Positions 27,210 through 41,184 of a stretch of 64,000 nt of DNA are shown piece after piece. Numbering within the stretch: position 1 is the first letter of the stretch; each line of letters begins with the position of its first letter. Below the pieces are notes generated by a model, which did no database searches, was not told the DNA's origin, and saw only the letters and a list, made by a program, of their open reading frames with translations. The stretch comes from Octopus vulgaris (lineage: Eukaryota): assembly GCA_951406725.2 (NCBI GenBank), contig OX597833.1, positions 36,146,001 to 36,210,000 on the forward strand. The letters run 5' to 3'. The position numbers were made by a program, and so were the translations under genes.

Positions 27210-27375
27210 ACCATTCTCTTCCCAATTCAATTCCAGATTTTTTCAACTAACTCACACATACATCTACATGAAAGGTATAAATTTTCCTGTACCAAAAATC
27301 ATTCTTGATGAAACAAGATGAAAGCGCCAAATAAGTAACTATCTAAAATTTTGACTGTCTACTTTTTCATAATAT
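27210..27375 (+). repeat. Additional direct partial copy of pLTR (matches 26513-26670)
   Basis: CATTCTCTTCCCAATT.AA.TCCAGATTTTTTCAACTAAC...TGATGAA..AGATGAAAGCGC. Confidence 0.85.
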
Positions 27376-28539
27376 ATACCTGTACACCACTTGAAATAAC
27401 CTATACGTACGTACATACATACATACATACATAAATGCATGCATATATACATACAAACATACATGTGTGTGTGTGTACATATACACAAACTGAGAATGCA
27501 CTCACAAATACTTATTTCTGGTAATGGTCTAACACTCTTTACCTAGTACATTATAAGCAGTCCTTTTCGGGTGATATTCCAGTTTACAGATATATATGAC
27601 ACCTGACTAGGAACAAAGTTTCCCGAAGCGCAGTTTCAAAGACTCGACAATAGTAAACGTGTCTTATTCCAGAGCATTACTCTGGAATATGTCAATTACA
27701 AACATCATACAGCGTATCCTACAGAAAAGCTTCAGGCTGATTGTCAAAGGCTCAATAACGCACTGCAACCAATAACCACGCACACGTACTGTTTCTTATC
27801 TTTGCCCTTTCTATGCCTATTACAATGATGTCCATTCTTTACGAGTATTCTGCACACAATCTCTGAACCACATGACACAGCTGCCTCCTCACATCATATA
27901 ATTCGTAGTGTAAGACTTCCTCTCTCTCTCTCTCTCTCTTTCTCTTTCTATTTCTTTCTCCTTCTCTATATCTTTCTCTTTCTCTATCTTTCTCCTTCTC
28001 TATCTCTCTCTCAACAATGAGTCAGCATCAACACCGTCCCATTTCTCCTTCATGGGAATGAACAGTTCAACAAGTGACTTCTTCTAAACGATTAAGTTTA
28101 TAATCAACAAATATCGGTTGACTTAGACTACGGTAGGCTTAAGCCAGAATAAACCGGTATAGACAACGCTGATGCACTCTGTTAAGTTAAAATTGGTGAA
28201 ATTTGAACTAAAAATATAAAAAGACGGACAAAATGCTGCCAAGCATTTTGTCCGGCGTGTTAACGATTCTGCCAGCTCACCGCCATTTTTAATAAAAACT
28301 ATAATCTCTAACATGTGTATTGAAAATGTTTCACATCAAAGCAGATACTAACGGATAGACATAAACTTTAAATCGTAGTTATTCAGTAAGGACAATTAGG
28401 ATTTCAAGATTCAAATTCTTTGTTCATTGGACAAATAATTTTTTTCCATGATCACCCTATATTCATCCTTACTATTATATGAAAATGAGATAATAAAGGA
28501 TTAAACGATTATCGTTTATTCTTACGTTTACCATGAAAT

Positions 28540-28625
28540 GGTCTTTTTCATGCCGTATTCTACTTGGTGAAATTACTGATTACTTCTTAATTAATTAATT
28601 TTACCCTTTGTTGTTATATATATAA
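28540..28625 (-). repeat. Dispersed (TA)n-adjacent module, shared with 56552-56630
   Basis: ACAAAGGGTAAAATTAATTAATTAAGAAGTAAT..TAATTTCACCAAGTAGAAT in both. Confidence 0.85.
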
Positions 28626-28630
28626 TATAC

Positions 28631-28679
<49 letters not shown>

Positions 28680-28685
28680 CATACA

Positions 28686-28716
<31 letters not shown>

Positions 28717-28773
28717 GTACAAACACGCACAGACACACATATATACATACAAACACACACACATATGTATATT

Positions 28774-28822
<49 letters not shown>

Positions 28823-29122
28823 ATGTATATATATATATGCAGAAACAAAGAGAGAGAGAGGTAGTTAGTTATGGCTGGTTTATAGGGTTATCCAGGGTCT
28901 CGCGTCCATAAGACGTCTTGCTTTACAGGGTCTCACCAGGCTCTAATGGGTGGTGGATTATAACCTCTCTCCTACACACCGAGCCCTAACATCTGCTGAA
29001 GGAAGCGCCGTCAAAATATGAAAGTCATATTGACCAAAAGGACATTGGTCGAAAGACATTCATAAAAACCGTATTCATAGATAAAAAACCTTATAAAATG
29101 AAGCATATTTTCCGATTCTTTT

Positions 29123-29618
29123 CAGGTACACTGTGTAACAAATTTTTATTTATTTATTTTGTCTTTGGTGCGTAAGTGTTATTTCTTCTTTGCTTCTAGC
29201 TAGAAATCAAAGGAAATGACTACCATTCCCTTCAAACTTTGCTTTTCTGATCTGGACATCAATGTTTTGAAAATGACCAATTTTCCATTACATTTGAGAC
29301 AGATTCAGCACTAAGTTGCTGAAGCAGCAAATATTCTGCTCAATTCCACAGATTTGCTAGTCAGTCGCTTGACGTTAACCACTTGAGCATGTCCCTTAGT
29401 GGCAGATAATAAGTGCATCTCTAATCATGAAGAGGACTAGTGAGGGAGCATCATAGCCATGTGTTGAGAGGGATTCTTTAGGGTTTGAATAAAAGTAACA
29501 AAAGCAAAGTTTGAAGGGAATATTAGCCATTGTTCAGACTTTCTAGGGATAAGCAAAAACGAAGTAACAGTTGGTAGCCAAGGACAAAAATGGTGATATA
29601 CAGTTATCTGTGCACCGG
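29123..29618. mobile_element. MITE-like element with ~120-bp imperfect TIRs
   Basis: Perfect 22-bp core ATTCCCTTCAAACTTTGCTTTT (29225-29246) / AAAAGCAAAGTTTGAAGGGAAT (29500-29521); looser match outward. Confidence 0.6.
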
Positions 29619-30497
29619 AGCGTTGACTACTATTTCTAACTGTTCGGTGAACTGCTTAGAGACTCCTTCGTTGGCTCGTGGCTTGATTGAGATAGAGTGT
29701 TGGGAAAAAGAAATAAGTCGCAATTTACATAGCTTCCATTACTAACTTGATCACTATTTTAATCCATTCTTTTCCTATATATATATATATTAATGGAAAG
29801 TCTTAAATTTTTATGTTTCAGTATCAGAGACTCATAGACTACAATTTTGCTCTCTGTTTCACATCTTTAGAAACATCATAAAGAGTACTTACAAATAATT
29901 AAATAAAAAATAAATTTTAAAAAGTTTTTTTAAAATTTCAGTCCTCTGTTTTATAAATGTATTTATGCATTAATTCAATTGGTAAAGAATACGATTATCT
30001 TAAATTTTTTTAGTTTTCAAAAAAAGTCTATTTAATAAGTATTAGTGTTACAATGTTTCGTTTTGGAAAATCTAAAATGCATCTATTAAGAATGGCAATG
30101 TAATTACAAACACAATTATAATATATTTATATATTTCAAATGCGAACAAAAAATATATATATATAAAACACATAATTTTCTTGACATTCGTAAGCGAACA
30201 TACATGAAAAAGAAATAGAAAGCAGCTGTAGATACTCCAATTTTGATAAATTTTTGATTAAAAAGATAAAGTTGATAGTTAAAAACATTTTTTTTTTAAG
30301 ATTTAAAGCTATTGAAACGATAGAAAATTTAAGATCTCTTTTTTCTTTTTTTTTTAAGCGGGTCCCATAAATTTGAGGGTTAAAACTTTAACATTTAAAC
30401 AAGTAAGTCGTACCGAAGCAAAACTGGAACTATTACACGCAGAATTCCAATATAGTTCCTCACTCATTTCTTTGCACAATAATATTTTGAAGAAATA

Positions 30498-30712
30498 AGG
30501 TGATGAGCTGGTAGAATCGTTAGCACACCAAGCAAAATGTTTAGCAACATTTTCCCGTCTTCATGTTCTGAGTACAAATTCCGCCGAGGTGGACTTTGCC
30601 TTTCATGCTTTCGGTATCGATAAATTATTTAAGTACCAGTTGAGCATTAGGGTCGATATAATCGATTCATCCTTCCTGCGATCTTGCTGGCCTTGTGCCG
30701 AAATTTGAAATC
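30498..30712 (+). mobile_element. SINE family C
   Basis: GAGCTGGTAGAATCGTTAGCAC...AAATTCCGCCGAGGTGGACTTTGCC. Confidence 0.8.
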
Positions 30713-30828
30713 AATATTGCGAAAACATTCGGCTTTTCTTCAGCTAATGTTCCAAGGCCTCTCTCTCTCTCTCTCTCCCTCTCCCCCATCTCTCTCTCTC
30801 TCACTCTCCCCTCTCGTTAGGTTTAACT

Positions 30829-31660
30829 GTGTGGTTTACCTACGACAGTTGCATGAAGAATAAAGAATCTGTCACAGCAGTTCAGCGTGAGTTTCGGCAC
30901 CACTTCAACAATCAAGCTGTTCCCACCCGTAACACAATCTTACGTTGGCTGAATGCACTTCATATACGAGGTTCACAAATGAATAGGAGACCAGTGGGGG
31001 CGCCATGGACGGTACGGATCCCGGAAAATGTGGAACGCGTCAGACAAACTTTGATACAGAGTTCGAATCGCTCTGGTCGGAAGCATTCCACTGAACTTTG
31101 CATCGGTAATCGATCAGTAAGGCGCATTTTGCATGAAGACCTGCATGTCCACCCGTACAAATTAGTCTTTGGACAACAGCTAAAACCATTGGGCTATGCA
31201 CAGCGGCTTAACTTCGCACCTCAGATAGAAACAATTTTTGAGGTAAATGACAACCTCATTTTGTTAATGACTGATGAAGCTCAATTTCATATCAATGGCA
31301 TAGTGAATCAACAGAACTGTCGTTATTGGGCTCTTGAAAATCCGACAGAATTGCACGAAAAACCACTGCACAACCCAAAAGTGACGGTCTGGAAAAGCTG
31401 CCGTCATTCATTGGTCCTTAATTTTTTGAAGACAATAATGGAAATGTTGTTACTGTTAACTCCGAGATGATAAACAACTTTGTGTCTGAATTACGACGAA
31501 AACGTATGCCTATTCGACGTGAATGGTTTCAGCAGGATGGGGTGACGTCCCACAAAGCCAGAGCATCAAAGAACGTTCTTCGCCCGCTCTTCAGAGACCT
31601 CCTCCTTTCCAGGTTTGCTGGCAATCCTTGGCTCCCTCGGTCGTCTCATTTGTCCATCAC
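30829..31660 (+). pseudogene. Tc1/mariner-superfamily transposase (DUF4817-like N-terminus), frameshifted and truncated by a SINE
   Basis: SVTAVQREFR..PTRNTILRW (HTH); TDEAQFHINGIVNQQNCRYW; WFQQDG; WLPRSSHL. Confidence 0.9.
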
Positions 31661-31664
31661 TTGA

Positions 31665-31726
31665 GAACCAGCATCGGTTTTCAAGCGATGGCGGAGAGGG
31701 GGGATCAAACAGACACACGCACATAA

Positions 31727-31777
<51 letters not shown>

Positions 31778-31940
31778 CAGCAGGCATCTTTCAGTTTCCA
31801 TCAAACAAATCTACTCACAAGGCTTTGGTCGGCCTGATGCTTATAGTAGAAGTCATTTGGTCAAGGTGCCACGCAGTGAGACTGAACCCAGAACTATGTG
31901 GTTGAGAAGCAAGTTTCTTACCACACAGACATGCCTGCAC
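31665..31940 (-). mobile_element. SINE family A, partial
   Basis: Similarity to other copies. Confidence 0.8.
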
Positions 31941-32581
31941 CTATAAAAGTATAGTCGCACATCGTCCCATACATATCTACTTTAATGTTGAGACAGCTTG
32001 TATATGCCAAGCAGTTTTCTTTATCGTTTACAATTTACTTGTTTCACATGGCGGTGAGCAGGCCGGGCAAAATGCTTAGTGTCATTTCGATCGTTTTTAC
32101 GTTCTATGTTCAAATTCTGTCGACTTTACCTTTCAACCTTTCGGAGCCGATAGGACACGCACCAATTGAGTACTGAGGTCGAGGGAACTGACAAGCCCCG
32201 ACCCCTTCCTCAGGCCTTGTGCCTATAGTTGAAAGTGTGTTTTACTTGTTTCAGTAATTGGAACGTGGACATGCTGGAGCACCACATTGAATGAATTTAG
32301 TCGAACAAATTAGATATATATGGGACGATGTGCGACTATACTTTTATATGTCTGTATGGTAAGAAACTTGCTTCCCAACCACATGGTTCCGGGTTCAGTC
32401 TCACAGCGCGGCACCTTGACCAAATGACTTTTACTATAAGCATCAGGCCGACCAAAGCAAGTACTTATTTTTTTAAAGTCTGTTACTTTAGCCGAACCGC
32501 TATGTTACGGAGATATAAACAAACCAACACTGGTTGTCAAGCGATAGAGAAACAGACAAAAAAGAAACACACACACACATA

Positions 32582-32792
32582 CTCTTTTACTTGTTTCAGT
32601 CATTTGACTGTGGCCAAGCTGGAGCACCGCCTTTAGTCGAGTACATCGACCCCGGACTTATTCTTTGTAAGCCTAGTACTTATTCTATCGATCTATTTCT
32701 CCGAACCACTAAGTTACGGGGACGTAAACACACCAGCATCGGTTGTCAAGCGATGTTGGGGGGACAAACACAGACACAAACATACACACACA

Positions 32793-32865
<73 letters not shown>

Positions 32866-33002
32866 CCATACAACGGGCTTCTTTCAGTTTCCGTCTACCA
32901 AACCCACTCACAAGGCTTTGGTCGACCCGAGGCTATAGTAGAAGACACTTGCCCAAGGTGCCATGCAGTGGGACTGAACATGGAACCATGTGGTTCGTAA
33001 GC
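32582..33002 (-). mobile_element. SINE family A
   Basis: Near-identical to 7024-7461. Confidence 0.9.
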
Positions 33003-33020
33003 AATATATAATATTATGTT

Positions 33021-33079
<59 letters not shown>

Positions 33080-33477
33080 ACGCGCTCACAAACCCTCGAA
33101 GCTATAGAGGAAGAGACTTGCCCAAGATACCATGCCTTGGAACTGAACCCGAAACGATATGATTAGGAAGCAAACTTTTCACCACACAGCCGTGGCTACA
33201 TCTGCACACTGCATGCCTTAAGCCTAGTAATCTAGTAAACTAATTAAGATAATAATATTCAAAGCAACAAATAACACGAGTTGAAAATATCAAGAACGAG
33301 GCTGAAAGATCCACACTACACAACTCTCTTCCTAAAATTATCCTGAAAAAAATTATATCAAAGGAATATCTTTTTAAACATTTGTGCCAAACTTTCCTTC
33401 GCAGGGACTACAATGTCTACACAGCTAGTTTGACAGACATTTCATACCATCCTGCCTATAACACTTATAGAATTCCT

Positions 33478-33573
<96 letters not shown>

Positions 33574-33636
33574 CTCTCTCACTGATTGGGTCCACAAAAA
33601 TAGTTACGTATGGGTATGTCTATGTGTATAAGTATG

Positions 33637-33685
<49 letters not shown>

Positions 33686-34432
33686 TGTATGTACGTATGT
33701 ATGTATCTTTCTTTTTCGTTTTCACTTGTTTCAGTCATTTGACTGCGACCATGCTGGAGCAATGCCTTTAGTATATATATATATATATATATATACTTAC
33801 ACACAGTCGAATACACATACATATGTGTATTGCATGTATGTATGTATGTATTCATGTGTGTGTATAGATGTATTTATGCATGTATGTATGAATAAAAACG
33901 AGGAGAGAGAAAGAGAGACAGACAGACAGACACACAGACAGTGACACACAGACAGTGACACACACACAGAGTGACACAAAGTATAAGAATATTTGTTTGA
34001 TCTAGATACATGGAGAAACAACGCAAATATTTACCGCCATACCGTTATCTATATCTTTTTCTCGTTACTTCACACAAACTCCTAACAAGGCAGCCAACTG
34101 CTTTTCATTACGCAATATGGAATACATACATATTTATATATATACATACATGCATATATATATATGTATGTGTGTGTGTGTACGTGTGTGTATGCATATG
34201 TAAATGTATGTATACATAAGAATATAAATATTGATATACTTTATACATATATATCTATATTATGCATATATGTGTGTTAATAGCTTTATAGATATTTATA
34301 TATATTTAATATGCTAATTTAATCTAGATGTATGCACATACAAGGACTCACAAACAACAAAGAAACCTAGACATAAGTATACCTATATATATATATATAC
34401 ACACAGACATAGAGTGAGAGAGAGAGAGACAA

Positions 34433-34478
<46 letters not shown>

Positions 34479-34481
<3 letters not shown>

Positions 34482-34830
34482 GGCGCAAACAACTACATGG
34501 TTCCGGGTTCAGTCCTACTACATGGCACAAAGCCTTGTGAGTGGATTTGGTAGACAGAAACTGAAAGAGGCCTGTATGTATGTGTGTGGGGGGGGGTGTA
34601 CGTGTGTGTGCTTGTGTGTTTGTGTATGTCACCCCATCGGTTGTCCGCATGTCAACCGATGTTGGTGTATTTACGTCCCCGTAGTCTAGCAATTCGACAA
34701 AAGAAACCGATAGAATACTAGAAATACTAGACTTACAAAGAATAAGTCCTTGGGTCGATTTGTTCGACTAAAGGCGGTGCTGCAGCATGGCCGCAGTCAA
34801 ACGACTGAAACAATTAAAAGAATAAAAGAA
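34479..34830 (+). mobile_element. SINE family A, internally deleted
   Basis: GGTTCCGGGTTCAGTCC...AAAGGCGGTGCTGCAGCATGGCCGCAGTCAAA. Confidence 0.85.
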
Positions 34831-34893
34831 TACATATTATTACATAATATATACGCGCATCATTATAATGTAAATATGTTGGCGTGATATATA

Positions 34894-34929
<36 letters not shown>

Positions 34930-34971
34930 TGTATGTATATATATATATGTATGTATGTATGTATATATATG

Positions 34972-35054
<83 letters not shown>

Positions 35055-35072
35055 GTTTATATGTATATATAA

Positions 35073-35124
<52 letters not shown>

Positions 35125-35229
35125 GTATGTATATATATATATATATATGTATATATATGTATGTATGTATATTGGATATATGTTATCCCATGAAGGGTTG
35201 CATTTACAACCCCTATCTCAATTTGTAAC

Positions 35230-35282
<53 letters not shown>

Positions 35283-35358
35283 ACACACACTCAGATGCAA
35301 ACATACACATACATACACACATATATATATATGTACACGCACTCACACACATACAAAT

Positions 35359-35399
<41 letters not shown>

Positions 35400-35848
35400 C
35401 ACACGACGGGCTTCTTCCAGGTTCCGTCTGTCGCAACGATTCACAAGGCTTTCTTTAGCTGGAGCTATAATAGAAGATGCTTGTGGAAGATGCCACGTAG
35501 TGAGACTGAACCCGGAACCATGTGGTTAGGAAACAAACATCCTGACACACACGCACACACACACATATACCCCCTCACACACACATACATACACACACGC
35601 ACACATACACATATACCCCCTCACACACACATACATACACACACGCACACAACTATACATACATATATATGCATATTTATGCACATGTATGCGTGTGTTT
35701 AAACGTCTGTGAACGCTGATAAAAGAGAACGGAATCATAGTAGAACTCAATACATAGGTAAAGTGCATTTTATTTGTAATTAACTGAAAGCTACCAAAGT
35801 GACTCCACAGCTTAGTGTTTCGTTTTATAAGTTTGTACGGTTAAAAAT

Positions 35849-35909
<61 letters not shown>

Positions 35910-35988
35910 ACGTATTTATATATATACATATTATACAGATTGAGACACAGACACAAACACACAAAAACAGATAGGTATTTAGACAGAC

Positions 35989-36062
<74 letters not shown>

Positions 36063-36593
36063 ACAGACAAACAGGTAGACAGGTAGACAGACAGATAGAC
36101 AGACAGACAGATACATACATACATACATACATACATACATACATACATACATACATACATACATACATACATACATACATAGACAGACAGGCTACATATT
36201 TCAACGCACCGATCAACAAGTAATGAATAAATTTGAATATGTCTAAATTGTACCTGCTGAATTATGCAGTTTTTTATCATTACAGTTTTACATGATTTTG
36301 GAGAGAGAAAACATTAGAAGAAATGTGTATAAGAGTGTATGTATATATATATATATATATATATATTTAAAATTAAATAAGGGTAGAAATTGATATTAAT
36401 CAATTAAAACCAGTGGGTTAGCATATTTTGAAAAACATCCGAAGATTAAAAATTGTTTTACATACAAAATTTAGAGGACTGACCACTAAAAGTGGTCAGC
36501 CTATATGCTAAACATAGACGTCAAATCGCCATTACCACGAAGAATGTGTTCTCAAGAAGAATCTCAGAAGAAAAATCCTCTCAATTTTATCTG

Positions 36594-36668
<75 letters not shown>

Positions 36669-36748
36669 GTCAATCTACCTATCTATCTATCTATCTATCT
36701 ATCTGTCAATCTACCTATCTATCTACATATATATATATATATATATAT

Positions 36749-36810
<62 letters not shown>

Positions 36811-36983
36811 CTGCGTGCGCGTGTCGTGGGAATGTGGAATTTAAGCAACCCCATTCTTTAGTGTTTATAGAAAACTGAATATGCTTTAATAAAACAGGTA
36901 TCCCAGCAATATCTAAACACACACGCACACATACATTTATACATACACATTCGTATGTATATATATATATGTATGTATGTATA

Positions 36984-37019
<36 letters not shown>

Positions 37020-37328
37020 CACATATATGTATATGTATGTATGTATGCATATATACGTGTGTGTGTAATCACACACCAGAAGCATAGCGAGGATGTAATT
37101 GCCCACAAGTGAAAGACACACCAGCAGTGATACTCATCACATTATGGAGGCCCAGAAAGTTAACTCATGGTTCTGTTTCGTGAGCCAAACAACCTAACCG
37201 GTTGGCCACGCGTTTACCGCATTCAACTATTGTATAATTGTGTTATATGAATGCGGAATTATATGCTAACACAGGTTTCAAATTTCGTCACAAGGTCAGC
37301 ATTTCGGGGTGCGGGAGGAGTAGGTATA

Positions 37329-37723
37329 CTCTTTTACTTGTTTCAGTCATTTGACTGCGGCCATGCTGGAGCACCGCCTTTAATCGAGCAACTCGACCCC
37401 GGGACTTATTCTTTTTGTAAGCCCAGTACTTATTCTATCGGTCTCTTTTGCCGAACCGCTAAGTATCGGGGACACAAATACACCAGCATCGGTTGTCAAG
37501 CAATGCTAGGGGGACAAACACAGACACACAAACACACACGCATATATATATATATATATACATATATACGACAGGCTTCTTTCCTTTTCCGTCTACCAAA
37601 TCCACTCACAAGGCTTTGGTCGACCCGAGGCTATAGCAGAAGACACTTGCCCAAGATGCCACGCAGTGGGACTGAACCCGGAACCATGTGGTTGGTTAGC
37701 AAGCTACTTACCACACAGCCACT
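37329..37723 (-). mobile_element. SINE family A (source of spurious ORF 37251..37919)
   Basis: Near-identical to other copies. Confidence 0.9.
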
Positions 37724-37744
37724 CTTGCAACAACGACTCTCTAT

Positions 37745-37892
37745 TCAAATTGAACTTATTTTATCGACCCCAGCCCACGAAAGGAATAACAAGCAATGTC
37801 GACCTCAGCAGAATTTGAACTCAGAACGTAAATACGGACGAAATGTCGCTAAGTATTTTGCACGGCGCAGTAACGATTCTGCCAGCTCGCTC
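37745..37892 (-). mobile_element. SINE family C, 5' part
   Basis: GTCGACCTCAGCAGAATTTGAACTCAGAACGTAA...AACGATTCTGCCAGCTCGC. Confidence 0.8.
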
Positions 37893-38299
37893 CGTTATGT
37901 GCAAATATTAAATGGATAGATGTTTCAACTTCGTTCTTGATTTATCATGCTGTGTGTGATTGAAATTCTATATATGTATGTGATTACATACTTAAGCATC
38001 CGGAGCTGTTTTTGCATAAAGTAAAATAGCACCGCAGTCTGAAATAATGGACTGTATACGGCTTATATGTAAAGTATTTAATGATTATTTAATAATTACA
38101 AATTTAGCTAACTGATATATTTTATTTCTGTACTCTGAACTGACACGCTCATCAAGATACACACACGCGCACTCACACACATATACTTGCATACATGTAT
38201 ACATACACATGTGTGTATAACAATTCATACACATCCCTATACCCCACGTAATAAATATATATATATGCGCATATACATATACATACATATATATATGCG

Positions 38300-38341
<42 letters not shown>

Positions 38342-38525
38342 CAAACTTATATAAATACATACTTATATATAGATGCACACACACACGCATATATATATAT
38401 ACTCACTCACATACATACACAGACATATATATATATATATGTATGTATGTATGTATATATATATATATGTATGTATGTATGTATATATGTATATATGTAT
38501 GTATGTATATATGTATGTATGTATG

Positions 38526-38561
<36 letters not shown>

Positions 38562-38578
38562 TACATGCATACATACAT

Positions 38579-38645
<67 letters not shown>

Positions 38646-39033
38646 TATATCCTGGTCTACAAACCTCTTGAAATAGGCCCAACCCAGTTGGAAAATTTAG
38701 GTACCCTTTCATACTACTCGTATAATATTTCTGTAGTTTGAGGTAAATTCGTGTGATTTATGTGGGGTATACGAATATATACTTGCATATATAGTACACC
38801 AGCATGTACTTACGAGAAAGGGAACAAAAGGAAAATAACTAGAACAAAGGTCCTGCCTTTGTATTTTAACCGACCTGAAAAGGTACCCTCGAAATCGTAG
38901 CGCTAAGCTATGTCAATTGGTCTACATTGACCCCGCCCCTGCACTGATCGGATGTGTATGCGTGTGTTTGATTGTACATAAGTGTATATGAATGTATTTA
39001 TGTATAAATATAAATATACGTATGTGTTTGTCA

Positions 39034-39077
<44 letters not shown>

Positions 39078-39166
39078 TATGTATAAATATACAAATGTGT
39101 GTGTATAATATATATATATATATATTATGTATAAATATACAAATGTGTGTGTATAATATATATATA

Positions 39167-39199
<33 letters not shown>

Positions 39200-39244
39200 T
39201 ATGTATAAATATAGAAATGTGTGTGTATAATATATATATATATT

Positions 39245-39323
<79 letters not shown>

Positions 39324-39342
39324 CAGACAGACAGATAGATAA

Positions 39343-39404
<62 letters not shown>

Positions 39405-39429
39405 GGATGGATGGATGGATGGATGGATG

Positions 39430-39583
<154 letters not shown>

Positions 39584-39611
39584 GTTGTAAACTTTCACAG
39601 ACTTTGAATAT

Positions 39612-39782
39612 TCTTTTTTACTCTAGACACAAGGCCCGAAATTTGGGGGGAAGGTGGGCCACTCGATTAGATCGAACCCCAGTACGCAACTGGTACTTAA
39701 TTTATCTAACCCGAAAGGCTGACAAAGCAAAGTCGACCTCGGCGGAATTTGAAATCAGAACGTAAAGACAGACGAAATAACG
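39612..39782 (-). mobile_element. SINE family C, 3' part
   Basis: CACAAGGCCCGAAATTT...CTGGTACTTAATTTATC...GTCGACCTCGGCGGAATTTGAA. Confidence 0.8.
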
Positions 39783-39951
39783 GACTCTGAATATTAAATC
39801 CAGCATTGCTGCTGCTGCCAACTTATTTATGACGTTAAAATATCCCGTGCATTTCTCAACTGCCGCCAACCTGCACTTTGAAAGATTTTTCCCGCTAGAA
39901 AGTGTAGCAAGCATTGTGAATACGTCATATCAACATATTTCTTAACTACTT

Positions 39952-40003
<52 letters not shown>

Positions 40004-40021
40004 CACCACCACCACCACCAC

Positions 40022-40176
<155 letters not shown>

Positions 40177-40376
40177 TAATACGATGTTAACGACGACGGC
40201 AGTGTGGACTAGTATTATACACACTTATATGTACACACGCACATATATGTACACTTACATGTATATACATTATAGAGAGATATATCCACACATACACACA
40301 CAGAGAAACACTCACATACATTCTTGTCTATGTATCATATAACTATATAAATATTTGCCAATATTGTGCGTGTGTG

Positions 40377-40462
<86 letters not shown>

Positions 40463-40590
40463 AGAATGTATGTATGTACATCATGCGTGTATTATGTGGT
40501 TTTTCGTGGGGTGGAGTTTCTGTATTTACACTTCAAATATCTCAGCACATACACTTAATTTATGCATGTACCTATAGTTTATTCTTTTAG

Positions 40591-40721
40591 ATATTGTTGT
40601 GCCATTCACAAGTGGTGCTTCTCTGCTGGGGCATCGCCATCAATATTGTTGTAACCTTCCTTTTTATGTCTGACGTTATGTTAGTTAGCGCTGCCGACGC
40701 TACCTCAGACCGCTTCCTGTG
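40591..40721 (+). CDS. Candidate internal coding exon (hydrophobic, signal-peptide/TM-like)
   Basis: Acceptor TTTATTCTTTTAG|, donor TG|GTATGT; only one frame open: ILLCHSQVVLLCWGIAINIVVTFLFMSDVMLVSAADATSDRFL(W/C). Confidence 0.4.
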
Positions 40722-40797
40722 GTATGTTTCTGTTTCTAGGGTATATTTTCACCTACAGTATCTTGTTCAGATGTTTTTTGTGAATACCTTTTGTATT

Positions 40798-41172
40798 TTA
40801 CTTGCTTTTGTCACTAGACTGCGGCCATACTGGGGCAGATATTTTTAGTCGAATGAATCGACCTCAGTACTTATTTATCCTTTTTTTTTCTTCTTTTATT
40901 TTCTTTTTTTTTCTCCTCAAGCCTGGTATTCTATCGGTCATTTTTTCCGCTATGTAAGGAGACCGCTATGTAGGGGGACGTAAACATTGCGGTGATGAGG
41001 TACAAGCACAGACACATTTATATATATATATATATATATATATACGACGGGCTTCTTTCAGTTTCCAACTACCAAATCCACTCGAGACTATAGTAGCAGA
41101 CACTTGCCTAATGTGCCACGCACTGGAGTTGAACCCAGAACTATATGGTTGAGAAGCAAGCTTCTTACCACA
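40798..41172 (-). mobile_element. SINE family A, diverged
   Basis: Similarity to other copies. Confidence 0.75.
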
Positions 41173-41184
41173 AGCAATACCAGT

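Noticed and set aside
27600-27900. Possible RTE-like remnant on the minus strand
   Set aside because: Too decayed to support beyond a faint HV.R motif
37251-37919. 222-aa ORF, and recurring peptides such as [14 protein letters not shown] and [18 protein letters not shown]
   Set aside because: Chance read-through of SINE A and C copies; the same peptides recur wherever the SINE occurs
39050-39245. Three copies of a ~50-bp AT-rich unit
   Set aside because: Local slippage duplication within a (TA)n field; no further structure
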